NCBI GenBank assembly: GCA_964354155.1
Contig: CAYGYG010000013.1
Coordinates: 3,696 to 67,695, forward strand
DNA from: an uncultured bacterium
Lineage (GTDB): Bacteria; Hydrothermota; Tepidihabitantia; SM23-42; CAYGYG01
Direction: 5' to 3'
Length of the DNA stretch: 64,000 nucleotides
Part shown: one piece after another, positions 44,106 through 53,028 of the stretch
How the letters are laid out: each line of letters starts with the position of its first letter
How positions within the stretch are numbered: position 1 is the stretch's first letter
Translations under genes and position numbers: made by a program
The notes under the pieces: generated by a model
The model's database searches: none
The model's input: only the letters and a program-made list of their open reading frames with translations
Told to the model about the DNA's origin: nothing

Positions 44106-45491
44106 ATGAAGTTCAGAGCAGTTCTGGTTATCTTGCTCGGCGTCGTTTCCCTCGCCATCGGCTGGACTCCTCGCAAGCTCGTCGCGAGCTATCCAGCATG
44201 GAACTACTGGTGGCTGAACACCAGGATCGGCGCTGACCGTTTTGACACCGTCTACTGCGCGGTCGCCCGTTACAATTACTCACAGAGCGATCCGGATCAC
44301 GACCTCTATATCCTCAACAGCGAAGGGGATACGATCCGCAAGCGGAGTCCCTGGCATGGCTACGAGTACCAGCCGATCGTCCAGGACGCGGCCGGCACCA
44401 ACATCTACATCGGACAGCCGACCATAGGGTTCTGGATTTCCAGCAACTACCACATGGACGGCGGTGCAACGGATGATTCCAACCAGATCCACTCTTCACG
44501 GGCGAATTCAGGCGACGGTGTCTACTACACAAAACTTGCCGCCAACGGCGGCCGGATCTACTACAACGTCAAGATCTACACCGGTTCTCCCTGGGCCGGT
44601 AAATCGTATATGGCGATCGACCGGCGCAACTTTCTCTATATCGCCTGGGGCGACAACACCCAGTACTTGGTCTATGCGAAGTCGACCGACCGCGGCGCGT
44701 CCTGGGTCATTGACACGCTGTTCAATATGAGTGTTCTCGCCCAGCCCAAGGTCGTTTGCGATGCCAGCAACAACGTCCATTTTGTCTGGCGCACCTGGAC
44801 CAGCGGGTGTCAACTTCGCTATATGAAACTGCGGCCTGATGGTGCCTGCGCTGTGGATAATTCGATCTTCGCGTCCGCTTCTGAAACCTGGGATCCTCAG
44901 ATTGCGCTTGACCAGGGCAACAATATCCACGTCGTCTATACAGATGCGGCTTCGGGCGGTCACAATATCTACTACACGGCTATAAAAGGCTATCTCGACA
45001 AGAACGGCCAGCCGGCTTCTGACTCCGAGCTCACGGTCGTGAAGGACACGGCGATCCAATATGATGCGGTGGGCCTGGCCTATCCCAAGATCGCGCTCGA
45101 TGTCCGGCAAAGGCCCCAGGTTATCTTCGAGCAGGGCCAGTACGGCAACAACACCGACAAGGCCGTCTATCACATCCGCGGCGATGCGATAGTATCGGTT
45201 GAAGAATCTGAAATCGTCCGCATGCAGCCCAGACTTCCTGACATATCGGTCTATCCCAATCCTTCTTCGGGCAGGGTCTCGGTCGTATACTATGTGCCGA
45301 GTGCAACAAGCCACAAGCTGACTGTGACGGATGCAGCCGGTCGAACCGTCATTGGCCCGAGGTCGATCAAGGCTGTTTCGGGTACGAACCGACATTCGCT
45401 GGACATGACATTGCTCCCTTCTGGCGTCTATTTTGTGCGAATATCTTCATCTTCTGGCGCTGCTTTCCACAAACTCCTGCTCTTGCGTTGA
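44106..45491 (+). CDS. Exported beta-rich (BNR/propeller-like) protein with T9SS-like C-terminal tail
   Basis: Signal peptide, S.D.GASW Asp-box, H.VW/H.VY repeats, YPNP...D..GR.V...LPSGVYFV. Confidence 0.75.
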   Translation: MKFRAVLVILLGVVSLAIGWTPRKLVASYPAWNYWWLNTRIGADRFDTVYCAVARYNYSQSDPDHDLYILNSEGDTIRKRSPWHGYEYQPIVQDAAGTNIYIGQPTIGFWISSNYHMDGGATDDSNQIHSSRANSGDGVYYTKLAANGGRIYYNVKIYTGSPWAGKSYMAIDRRNFLYIAWGDNTQYLVYAKSTDRGASWVIDTLFNMSVLAQPKVVCDASNNVHFVWRTWTSGCQLRYMKLRPDGACAVDNSIFASASETWDPQIALDQGNNIHVVYTDAASGGHNIYYTAIKGYLDKNGQPASDSELTVVKDTAIQYDAVGLAYPKIALDVRQRPQVIFEQGQYGNNTDKAVYHIRGDAIVSVEESEIVRMQPRLPDISVYPNPSSGRVSVVYYVPSATSHKLTVTDAAGRTVIGPRSIKAVSGTNRHSLDMTLLPSGVYFVRISSSSGAAFHKLLLLR

Positions 45492-45546
45492 TGTCTATCA
45501 CCGTAATCTGCCGTTCTTATCACCGTAATCGATCATTATGCCGATA

Positions 45547-45618
45547 ATGAAGAATTTTGCCCTAATCGGTGTTGCCGGCTACATCGCCCCTCGCCATTTG
45601 CAGGCGATTAACGTATGA
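45547..45618 (+). pseudogene. 5' remnant of a WbpB/WlbA-type Gfo/Idh/MocA UDP-sugar oxidoreductase
   Basis: MKNFALIGVAGYIAPRHLQAI closely matches the WbpB N-terminus; it stops after 23 codons, overlapping the wecB ATG. Confidence 0.75.
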
Positions 45619-46772
45619 AGGTCATTCACTGCGTCGGTGCGCGACCCAACTTCATGAAGATCGCGCCGGTAATGCGCGAAATGGCCAGATACCCTGACAA
45701 GTTTGACCAGATTCTGGTCCACACCGGCCAACATTATGACGACAGCATGTCGAAAGTCTTCTTTGAAGATCTGGGTTTACCTGACCCCGATATCTACCTG
45801 GGCGTAGGTTCTGCTCCGCGGGACCAGCAAATCGCCAAGATCACGGCCGAGTTTGAGAAAGTCCTGCTGAAAGAAGAGCCTGATGTGGTCGTCGTCGTCG
45901 GTGATGTGAATTCTACCCTTGCCTGCGCCCTCGCCACGGATAAGTTCCGCCGTTCCCAATCACTCAATAACCAATTACCAATAACTGCGATCGGTGGTCG
46001 AAGACCGCTCATCGCCCACGTCGAGTCCGGCTTGCGTTCGTTCGACCGCTCCATGCCTGAGGAGATCAATAGACTTGAGACCGACAGAATTGCAGATCTT
46101 CTGTTCACCACGGAACCCAGCGGCAACGAGAACCTCAAGAATGAGGGCATCCCGAAAGAGCGGATTCACTTTGTCGGTAACGTCATGATCGATTCGCTGA
46201 TCGAATACGCGGGGAAAGCAGAAGAGAATTGGAGTATCTTGAAGAACCAGTTTGGCGACGGTCCGTTTGTGCTTGTGACTCTTCATCGTCCCAACAATGT
46301 TGACCAACCGGAAACACTGCGTAACCTGATGCATGCGCTGAACGAAGTCGCTAACAACCTACCGGTCATCTTTCCAGTCCACCCCCGCACCCGCAAACGC
46401 CTTGCGGAATTCGGCCTTCTCAATAACTCAATAACTCAATTACACAATAACTTCAGGCTTTCGGAGCCTGTCGGCTATCTTGACTTCCTTGCCCTGATGA
46501 AGCATTCTGCCCTGGTGATCACCGATTCGGGTGGGATCCAGGAGGAGACAACCTTTCTGGGCGTTCCCTGCCTGACGGTCAGGCCAAATACCGAACGTCC
46601 GATCACGGTCGAAATCGGCACAAACCGCCTGGTTGTCGTCGATAGCTTGGTGGAAACCGCCCGGGCCTCGCTGGACGGGTCACGACCGAGCCGACGCCGA
46701 GTGCCCGATCTGTGGGACGGTATTGCAGCAGGGAGAGTTGTGGAGATACTGGCAGTCAAGGCTCCAGTTTGA
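45615..46772 (+). CDS. wecB: UDP-N-acetylglucosamine 2-epimerase (non-hydrolysing)
   Basis: VGARPNFMK, HTGQHYD, GDVNSTLA, HVESGLRSFD..MPEEINR, TDSGGIQEE, R.NTERP. Confidence 0.95.
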   Translation: MKVIHCVGARPNFMKIAPVMREMARYPDKFDQILVHTGQHYDDSMSKVFFEDLGLPDPDIYLGVGSAPRDQQIAKITAEFEKVLLKEEPDVVVVVGDVNSTLACALATDKFRRSQSLNNQLPITAIGGRRPLIAHVESGLRSFDRSMPEEINRLETDRIADLLFTTEPSGNENLKNEGIPKERIHFVGNVMIDSLIEYAGKAEENWSILKNQFGDGPFVLVTLHRPNNVDQPETLRNLMHALNEVANNLPVIFPVHPRTRKRLAEFGLLNNSITQLHNNFRLSEPVGYLDFLALMKHSALVITDSGGIQEETTFLGVPCLTVRPNTERPITVEIGTNRLVVVDSLVETARASLDGSRPSRRRVPDLWDGIAAGRVVEILAVKAPV

Positions 46773-46773
46773 C

Positions 46774-48798
46774 ATGCGAAGACTACTGAGGCCGCTAGTC
46801 CCAGCAGTATTCAGGCCGTTTCTGCGCCGTACGTTCAATCTTGCGTACGGTCTAATGGCGACCTTCTATTTCAAGCAGATGTGGCACCAGCAGCGTAACT
46901 GTTTCAGATCTCAAGTTGGGAAACGCGGCGATTTGCCAGCCCCTTCTTTGTTTCCAGGTCTTCAAGATAGAGAGAGGATAATTGCCTTGATGAAAGCAAG
47001 GTTCCCCGACTCAGTGGCAAAAACTGTGCAGGCTGCTGACCGGATATGTAATCACATCTTTGACCTTCTTGGGTCCGGACCCAAGTTCCTGGGCAACGAG
47101 ATTGACTGGCACTTAGATTTCAAGGTCGGGCGCCGGTGGCCTTTGATACATCCGACGGCGATTGATGTCGATGAGCTCGACAAACCCTCCGATATCAAAG
47201 TGCCATGGGAGCTTTCAAGATGTCAGCACTTCATAACCTTGGGTGAGGCGTACTGGTTAACTGGTGATGAGAAGTATCCCAGAGAGTTCAGATGCCAGGT
47301 GGAATCCTGGATAAGATCGAACCCTTATAGGCTTGGCGTCAACTGGCTCTGCACGATGGACGTGGCAATACGCGTCGCCAACTGGGTTGTTGGCTGGCAG
47401 TTTTTCAAGGATTCGCCTATGATGGACGAGACGTTCCGGTTGAGCTTCTTTGACTCAGTCCATCTTCACGGGCGCCATATTTTACGGAACCTCGAAAACA
47501 AAGGACGCGTGACATCGAATCATTACCTCTCAGACCTTGTGGGGCTGCTGTACGTTGCCAAGGCATTCCCTTGGTTTCAGGAATCGGCAACGTGGAGGCA
47601 GTTTGTGATCGACGAATTGAAGAAAGAGATGATGAAACAGGTGAATCCAGATGGCATGGACTTTGAGGGTTCAACCTGCTATCACCGCCTTGTGCTCGAG
47701 TTGTTCTTCTTTGCCACGCTACTGACCGTAGAGGATACTGAATCTGATGGCGCCGATTACTCGCAAGCAGCTCGAGAGACTTTCGGTGACGCTTATGTAG
47801 ACAGATTGTACAAGATGTTTGAATTCGTTGTCTATGCTTTGAAGCCGAATGGCAGAATGCCACAAATCGGAGACAATGACAATGGTAGATTACACGTTTT
47901 TTCTGAAAAGGAAATCCTTGATATGCGGTACTTATTGCATTTCGGTGCAATATTTTTCCACGAAGCCAAATTCAAGATCAATGAGTTTGGCTTTTCACAA
48001 GATGCTCTCTGGATTTTTGGCAAGAAGGGCTACGGTGCATGGTCGAGTCTTGCAGGCACATCGGTGAAGACACTTGAAAGTAGGGCATTTGCTGACTCGG
48101 GAATCTACATAATGCGAGACGGCGCCAGTTACATAATCATTCATTGTGCGGCAAATGGTCAGCATGGGCTCGGTGGTCACAATCACAACGATGTGTTGAG
48201 CTTCGAACTGCACGCTCGTGGGAACGATATCATTGTGGACCCAGGGACGTTTACTTACTCGGGCAACCAGAGAATGCGCAATCTTTTCAGGAGTTCATCT
48301 TCCCATAACTCATTGGTCGTTGATGGACACGAAGTGAACCCATTCGATGGGAGAGATATATTCGGGCTTAGTGACGTGGCGAAGCCAAAGGTCCTTGTGT
48401 GGAGATCCAATGGGAGGCGCGACATCCTTGAGGCAGAGCATTATGGGTATACCCGGCTACACGAGCCCGTTAAGCATCGTCGTAAACTCAGTTTTGACAA
48501 GCGCACGAGTATAGTCAGGGTTGAGGACTGTTTGGATGGCTCTGGGATGCACCTTTGTGAGTTGTCATTTCATTCTCCGCTACGGGCAATACCGTCTACT
48601 GACAAGTCAGTCTTGGCTTTAGGGGTGGACAAGTGCGGCGTAGCTCGTATCTCGGAGGGAGGATTGTTGCGATGGAGGTTGTCGTTTTCTGAATACTCGT
48701 TGTGCTACGGGGTCAAGACCAGCATATTGAATTGCACGTTGTTGAAAGCTCATCTGGCACCAGTCACCTTCACGGTCATCATTACGCTACCAGATTGA
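46774..48798 (+). CDS. Heparinase II/III family (alginate-lyase-like) protein
   Basis: DIK.PWELSR, NW.CTMD, SNHYLSDL, E.ST.YH, GDND.G, GHNHND.LSF, DPGTF.Y. Confidence 0.88.
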   Translation: MRRLLRPLVPAVFRPFLRRTFNLAYGLMATFYFKQMWHQQRNCFRSQVGKRGDLPAPSLFPGLQDRERIIALMKARFPDSVAKTVQAADRICNHIFDLLGSGPKFLGNEIDWHLDFKVGRRWPLIHPTAIDVDELDKPSDIKVPWELSRCQHFITLGEAYWLTGDEKYPREFRCQVESWIRSNPYRLGVNWLCTMDVAIRVANWVVGWQFFKDSPMMDETFRLSFFDSVHLHGRHILRNLENKGRVTSNHYLSDLVGLLYVAKAFPWFQESATWRQFVIDELKKEMMKQVNPDGMDFEGSTCYHRLVLELFFFATLLTVEDTESDGADYSQAARETFGDAYVDRLYKMFEFVVYALKPNGRMPQIGDNDNGRLHVFSEKEILDMRYLLHFGAIFFHEAKFKINEFGFSQDALWIFGKKGYGAWSSLAGTSVKTLESRAFADSGIYIMRDGASYIIIHCAANGQHGLGGHNHNDVLSFELHARGNDIIVDPGTFTYSGNQRMRNLFRSSSSHNSLVVDGHEVNPFDGRDIFGLSDVAKPKVLVWRSNGRRDILEAEHYGYTRLHEPVKHRRKLSFDKRTSIVRVEDCLDGSGMHLCELSFHSPLRAIPSTDKSVLALGVDKCGVARISEGGLLRWRLSFSEYSLCYGVKTSILNCTLLKAHLAPVTFTVIITLPD

Positions 48799-48805
48799 CG
48801 TCCAA

Positions 48806-50215
48806 ATGCGAATCCGCAAGTTAGCTAAGCGCCTTCCCCATTTCCTGAAGTACGGCGCGAAATTCATGTACACTGTGGCGGTCCCACGGGAGATCCGTTT
48901 TACTAAGGAGTTCTGGGATGCATATCGCTTCTTGCAGGAGGGACAGTGGTGGGGGCGAGCAGAAATCGAAGATTATCAGATGAGCCAGTTAAGCAAGATT
49001 CTGAACCATGCGTACAGGAACGTACCCTATTATCGACGGGCATTTGACGAGAGGGGCATAACGCCACGTGACGTTCAGAACCTAAATGACATGAAGATGC
49101 TGCCATTTGTTACACGGGAAGACGTACAGGTGAATCTTCGTGATCTGGTGGCGCGAAACTTCTCGGTCAACAGACTAAACTATGTGACCACCGGAGGATC
49201 TTCTGCGATGCAGATCGGTTTCTACAATACTGGCGAACAGGGTTATACCGAGAGTGCCTTTGTTGCCTTCCTTTGGAGTCTGGCTGGCTTTCAGGTCGAT
49301 GCTAAGGTGGCAGTGTTGCGGGGAGATTTCATAGGTAGTACGTCTCGACCCTACCGTTTCCACTTTGAAGGTCTCTACAGATCGCTTCTGCTTTCTAGTT
49401 ACCGTTTGAGCTGCGATACATATGACCTCTACAAACGCCGGATTCTAGATTTCGAACCTGCGTTCTTTCACGCTTATCCATCAAGCATATCAATGTTTGC
49501 TGACCTCGTCGTGGAGAACGGTGATGAGGGCTGTTTCAAGTCGGTGAAAGGTATTCTGACCGCCTCCGAGAACCTGTATCAATGGCAGAAGGACAAGCTG
49601 AGCGTTGCATTCCCTAATGTTAGAGTGTTCGATTTCTATGGGCATGCTGAAAAGGTGATACTAGCCTCCATGTGCGAGCACACCGATCAATACCACATAT
49701 GGCCGTTTTACGGTGTTACCGAGATACTTGATAAGATGAACCAGACAGTCGCTGAAGGAGATGCTGGCGAATTGGTGGGGACTTCTTTCTGGAACTATGC
49801 CACGCCGTTCATACGCTACCGCACGATGGACGTTGCAAGAAAGGAACGTATTGGCTGTCCAAAGTGTGGTCGTCAGTTGCAGCTACTGGAGCGCATAGAG
49901 GGTAGACTGCACGAATTCATTGTCTCAAGGGCAGGTAGATACATCTCGATGACTGCGATAAACATGCATGATTCGATATTCGACAACGTTAGGCAGTTTC
50001 AATTCTACCAAGACATACCGGGTAGAGTTGTCCTTAGAGTAGTCAAGAAGCCAACGTACTCGGAAGATGATACGCGAAGAATCTATACTGGCTTGAAACG
50101 AAAACTAGGTGAGGATATGGACCTTGAGATTCAACATACCAGTGAGATTCCCAGAACGAGGCTTGGCAAACATCGATTTCTAGAGCAGAAACTGAGACTG
50201 AAGTATGGTGAATAG
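48806..50215 (+). CDS. Phenylacetate-CoA ligase family (CapK-like) adenylate-forming enzyme
   Basis: VPYY, TTGGS, AYPS, YG..E, PFIRY...D, GR. Confidence 0.85.
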   Translation: MRIRKLAKRLPHFLKYGAKFMYTVAVPREIRFTKEFWDAYRFLQEGQWWGRAEIEDYQMSQLSKILNHAYRNVPYYRRAFDERGITPRDVQNLNDMKMLPFVTREDVQVNLRDLVARNFSVNRLNYVTTGGSSAMQIGFYNTGEQGYTESAFVAFLWSLAGFQVDAKVAVLRGDFIGSTSRPYRFHFEGLYRSLLLSSYRLSCDTYDLYKRRILDFEPAFFHAYPSSISMFADLVVENGDEGCFKSVKGILTASENLYQWQKDKLSVAFPNVRVFDFYGHAEKVILASMCEHTDQYHIWPFYGVTEILDKMNQTVAEGDAGELVGTSFWNYATPFIRYRTMDVARKERIGCPKCGRQLQLLERIEGRLHEFIVSRAGRYISMTAINMHDSIFDNVRQFQFYQDIPGRVVLRVVKKPTYSEDDTRRIYTGLKRKLGEDMDLEIQHTSEIPRTRLGKHRFLEQKLRLKYGE

Positions 50216-51725
50216 GCTGATCAGGTACTACGAAGATCTACGAGTGGCGGTGCACCAGGGCGAGCACGAATACAACGACATCCCACCGTTCGATGCAGGC
50301 CGCATGTATCCAGAATATGACCACGATTTCGGCATCAGCAGAGTCGTCAATCCTGCCTATGAGGGTGTAAGGAGATGCTTTGGATTACTCGGACTAGACC
50401 GAAGATGCTTTTCAAGACGGCAATGGAATCCCTTGGGTGAAATCGTGAAACCGGGGAATAGGGTCGTTGTGAAACCAAACTTTGTATTGAGTAGGCATTG
50501 TGACGGTGGTAATTTATATGCAATCATTACGCATCCCTCAGTTATCCGAGTCATAGTCGACTACGTCTACAAAGCGTTGAAAGGTGAAGGGGAGATCACG
50601 ATTGCTGATGCGCCCCAAATGGACTGCAATTTCGATGAGCTGCTTACGATAACTCGTTTGCCTTCGATCCAAGAGCTGTATTGGCGGAAGAAGAAGTTTG
50701 ACATAAAGATTCTTGACCTACGCGATTTCTGGCTCGATAAGCACGCAGATGATGCTGGCGCATTCACTGAAAGACGTAGGAAACTCCCAGGCGATCCATT
50801 GGGAAGCGTCACCATCAATTTGGGCAGAGATAGCGAGCTCCATTGTGTACGGAATTGGGATCGGTTCTATGGTGCTGATTATAACAGGGGGGAGACAATT
50901 CGCCATCATCGTGGCGAAATACAGGAGTATATGATCTCCCGGACTGTTCTCGAGGCCGATGTGGTAATCTCTGCGCCTAAATTGAAGGTGCACAAGAAAG
51001 TTGGCGTCACGTTGAATGCAAAAGGTCTGGTTGGCATTGCCACGAACAAGAACTATCTTGTCCACTATCGCCTCGGAACGCCTGAGGTAGGTGGGGATCA
51101 ACTCCCATCGAGAACCTTGACGCACAGAGAAATGCTGCTTGTTAGAATCCAGAGGTTCTTATATGATGCGCTCCTAGCGAAGAGACGGAGATTCTATGAC
51201 AAATTGTACGCCATCACACTGAGCTCATATCGGAAGTGCATAAAGCCATTTGTAACCAGAGTATCAAAAGCCCGGCTTGTTCTGGATGACGGCAATTGGT
51301 ATGGCAATGATAGTGCGTGGCGGATGGTTGTGGACTTAATGAAGATCATTATCTATGCCGATACAGTAGGTAACTTGAAGTCAACTCCGCAACGAAAGGT
51401 ATTCTCCGTAATTGATGGTCTGATTGGGGGCGACAACAACGGGCCACTTGCGCCGGACGAAAGAAAGGCGGGCTTGTTGTTGGCCGGTTTCAATCCCGTA
51501 GCAGTTGACGTCGTGGGTACAAGGACCATTGGATTCGACTACAAGAAGTTGAAGCTGTTCTCGCGTCTTATCAACAACACGGATTGCGATTTTTTTGTTA
51601 AAGACGTATTCGATATCAAGATTTGTTCTGACAGACGCGCGTATAGAAGGTTATTCTATACTAAGAGCGGCATGCCGCAATTCACGCCTCATCGTGGATG
51701 GCAGGGGCACGTGGAGCATGCGTAA
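50205..51725 (+). CDS. DUF362 domain protein
   Basis: V.KPNFV, THPSV, ADAP, PKLK.H...GVT...K.LVG, D.VA.D. Confidence 0.85.
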   Translation: MVNRLIRYYEDLRVAVHQGEHEYNDIPPFDAGRMYPEYDHDFGISRVVNPAYEGVRRCFGLLGLDRRCFSRRQWNPLGEIVKPGNRVVVKPNFVLSRHCDGGNLYAIITHPSVIRVIVDYVYKALKGEGEITIADAPQMDCNFDELLTITRLPSIQELYWRKKKFDIKILDLRDFWLDKHADDAGAFTERRRKLPGDPLGSVTINLGRDSELHCVRNWDRFYGADYNRGETIRHHRGEIQEYMISRTVLEADVVISAPKLKVHKKVGVTLNAKGLVGIATNKNYLVHYRLGTPEVGGDQLPSRTLTHREMLLVRIQRFLYDALLAKRRRFYDKLYAITLSSYRKCIKPFVTRVSKARLVLDDGNWYGNDSAWRMVVDLMKIIIYADTVGNLKSTPQRKVFSVIDGLIGGDNNGPLAPDERKAGLLLAGFNPVAVDVVGTRTIGFDYKKLKLFSRLINNTDCDFFVKDVFDIKICSDRRAYRRLFYTKSGMPQFTPHRGWQGHVEHA

Positions 51726-53028
51726 GAGCGGCGCAATATGCGCTGTTCGCAGTTTTTGTCACGCGATGCACTCATCGACGCTGGCCAGAAACATTCTTAA
51801 AGTCACCACCGGGGACATCGCTTCAAGAGCGCTTGGTTTTGTGAGTATGCTTCTACTCATTAGAGGGCTGGGCATTAACGATTACGCCGCGTACACTGCT
51901 TTTCTGACTGTCATGTCTTTGAGTCCGGGGCTAGTTGGGAACGGGCTTAACCTGGCACTCGTTAGGCTATCAGCAGAACATATCTCTAGAACACATAGCA
52001 GACCGCTGAGGCTGTACTTCGTGAATATGGCAGCTCAATGCCTGCTGTATGTTTCGATTTGCGTAGTGGCCTTGATAATGATTGATAGTATAAACGAACT
52101 ACTGTTTGGCAGGCAGGACTTCACTGCGCCAATAATGTATGGGCTAGTAGGAGGTTTCGGGTCTCTTCTTATGCAGTTTGGCAGAACGACGTACCAGGCC
52201 GAAGAGAACTTCAACAGCTATGTACTTACCATATGGCTGCGGCAGATCGGCAACCTGGTGGTAATTGGCTGTCTCTTCTTTGCGGCCTTACTCAATTTCA
52301 GGAGCGCGGTGAGTGCCGTTGTTCTTGTCGAATTGATCATTGGCTTGATAATTGTCCTTGTGGTGTTCAAGAATGTGAGGCTCAGTGATATTCGCGAGGT
52401 ATTGGGGGCGGAGCTTGTTATTATCAGGGATTTTTGTCACGAAATGGGCTGGCTCATTGCCTACTATCTCATCCTGGCCATTATGTCGAATCTTAGTGTG
52501 TTCATGTTGTCACATCTGTCTTCCGCCTACGAAATCGCCGTATACGGAGTTGCGTTTCGCTACTATTCGGTTGGACTGCTTTTGCTCGGTGCGATTCATA
52601 CCGTACTAGTTCCGCGGTTTTCAAAGGTAGACATGTTGGTTAGGAGTAGACAGCTAGCATTCACATTTAAGTGGCTGAAAACGACGTCGTGGCTGATCAT
52701 ACCTATAGCGGCGTTTGATCTGGTCGGCAAGTCAGTATTCGTGTGGATCAATGGCCTGCAGTATGTAAGGTCCTTCTACGTCTTTATCGTGTTGTCATTT
52801 GGCATTTGGCTCAGTTTGATGTTCAGTCCCCTGGTTAATGTGCTCGTTAGCAGAAATCGCTTCAGGTTTCTTCTCGTATTGGCAGCCATTGCATTAGCGG
52901 TAAACCTGGTTGGAAGCTATATGCTGATACCCGTTTGGGGCAGTGTGGGCGCTGCAGTCGTTGTTGTGTTCTCATACGCGTCAATCAACATTGCCGCGGG
53001 AGTGGCGGTCTTATTTGCAGGCAGATGA
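51718..53028 (+). CDS. Wzx-type oligosaccharide flippase
   Basis: About 12 TM segments, RGLGINDY, YGVA.R, WGSVGAA. Start could be 51718 or slightly downstream. Confidence 0.85.
   Translation: MRKSGAICAVRSFCHAMHSSTLARNILKVTTGDIASRALGFVSMLLLIRGLGINDYAAYTAFLTVMSLSPGLVGNGLNLALVRLSAEHISRTHSRPLRLYFVNMAAQCLLYVSICVVALIMIDSINELLFGRQDFTAPIMYGLVGGFGSLLMQFGRTTYQAEENFNSYVLTIWLRQIGNLVVIGCLFFAALLNFRSAVSAVVLVELIIGLIIVLVVFKNVRLSDIREVLGAELVIIRDFCHEMGWLIAYYLILAIMSNLSVFMLSHLSSAYEIAVYGVAFRYYSVGLLLLGAIHTVLVPRFSKVDMLVRSRQLAFTFKWLKTTSWLIIPIAAFDLVGKSVFVWINGLQYVRSFYVFIVLSFGIWLSLMFSPLVNVLVSRNRFRFLLVLAAIALAVNLVGSYMLIPVWGSVGAAVVVVFSYASINIAAGVAVLFAGR

Noticed and set aside
5008-45395. Long minus-strand ORFs (e.g. 5008-6012, 12888-13802, 17825-18754, 20494-21504, 21550-22488, 25988-27013, 34285-35334, 44508-45395)
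   Set aside because: They are antisense shadows of well-supported GC-rich + strand genes, with no motifs or RBS.
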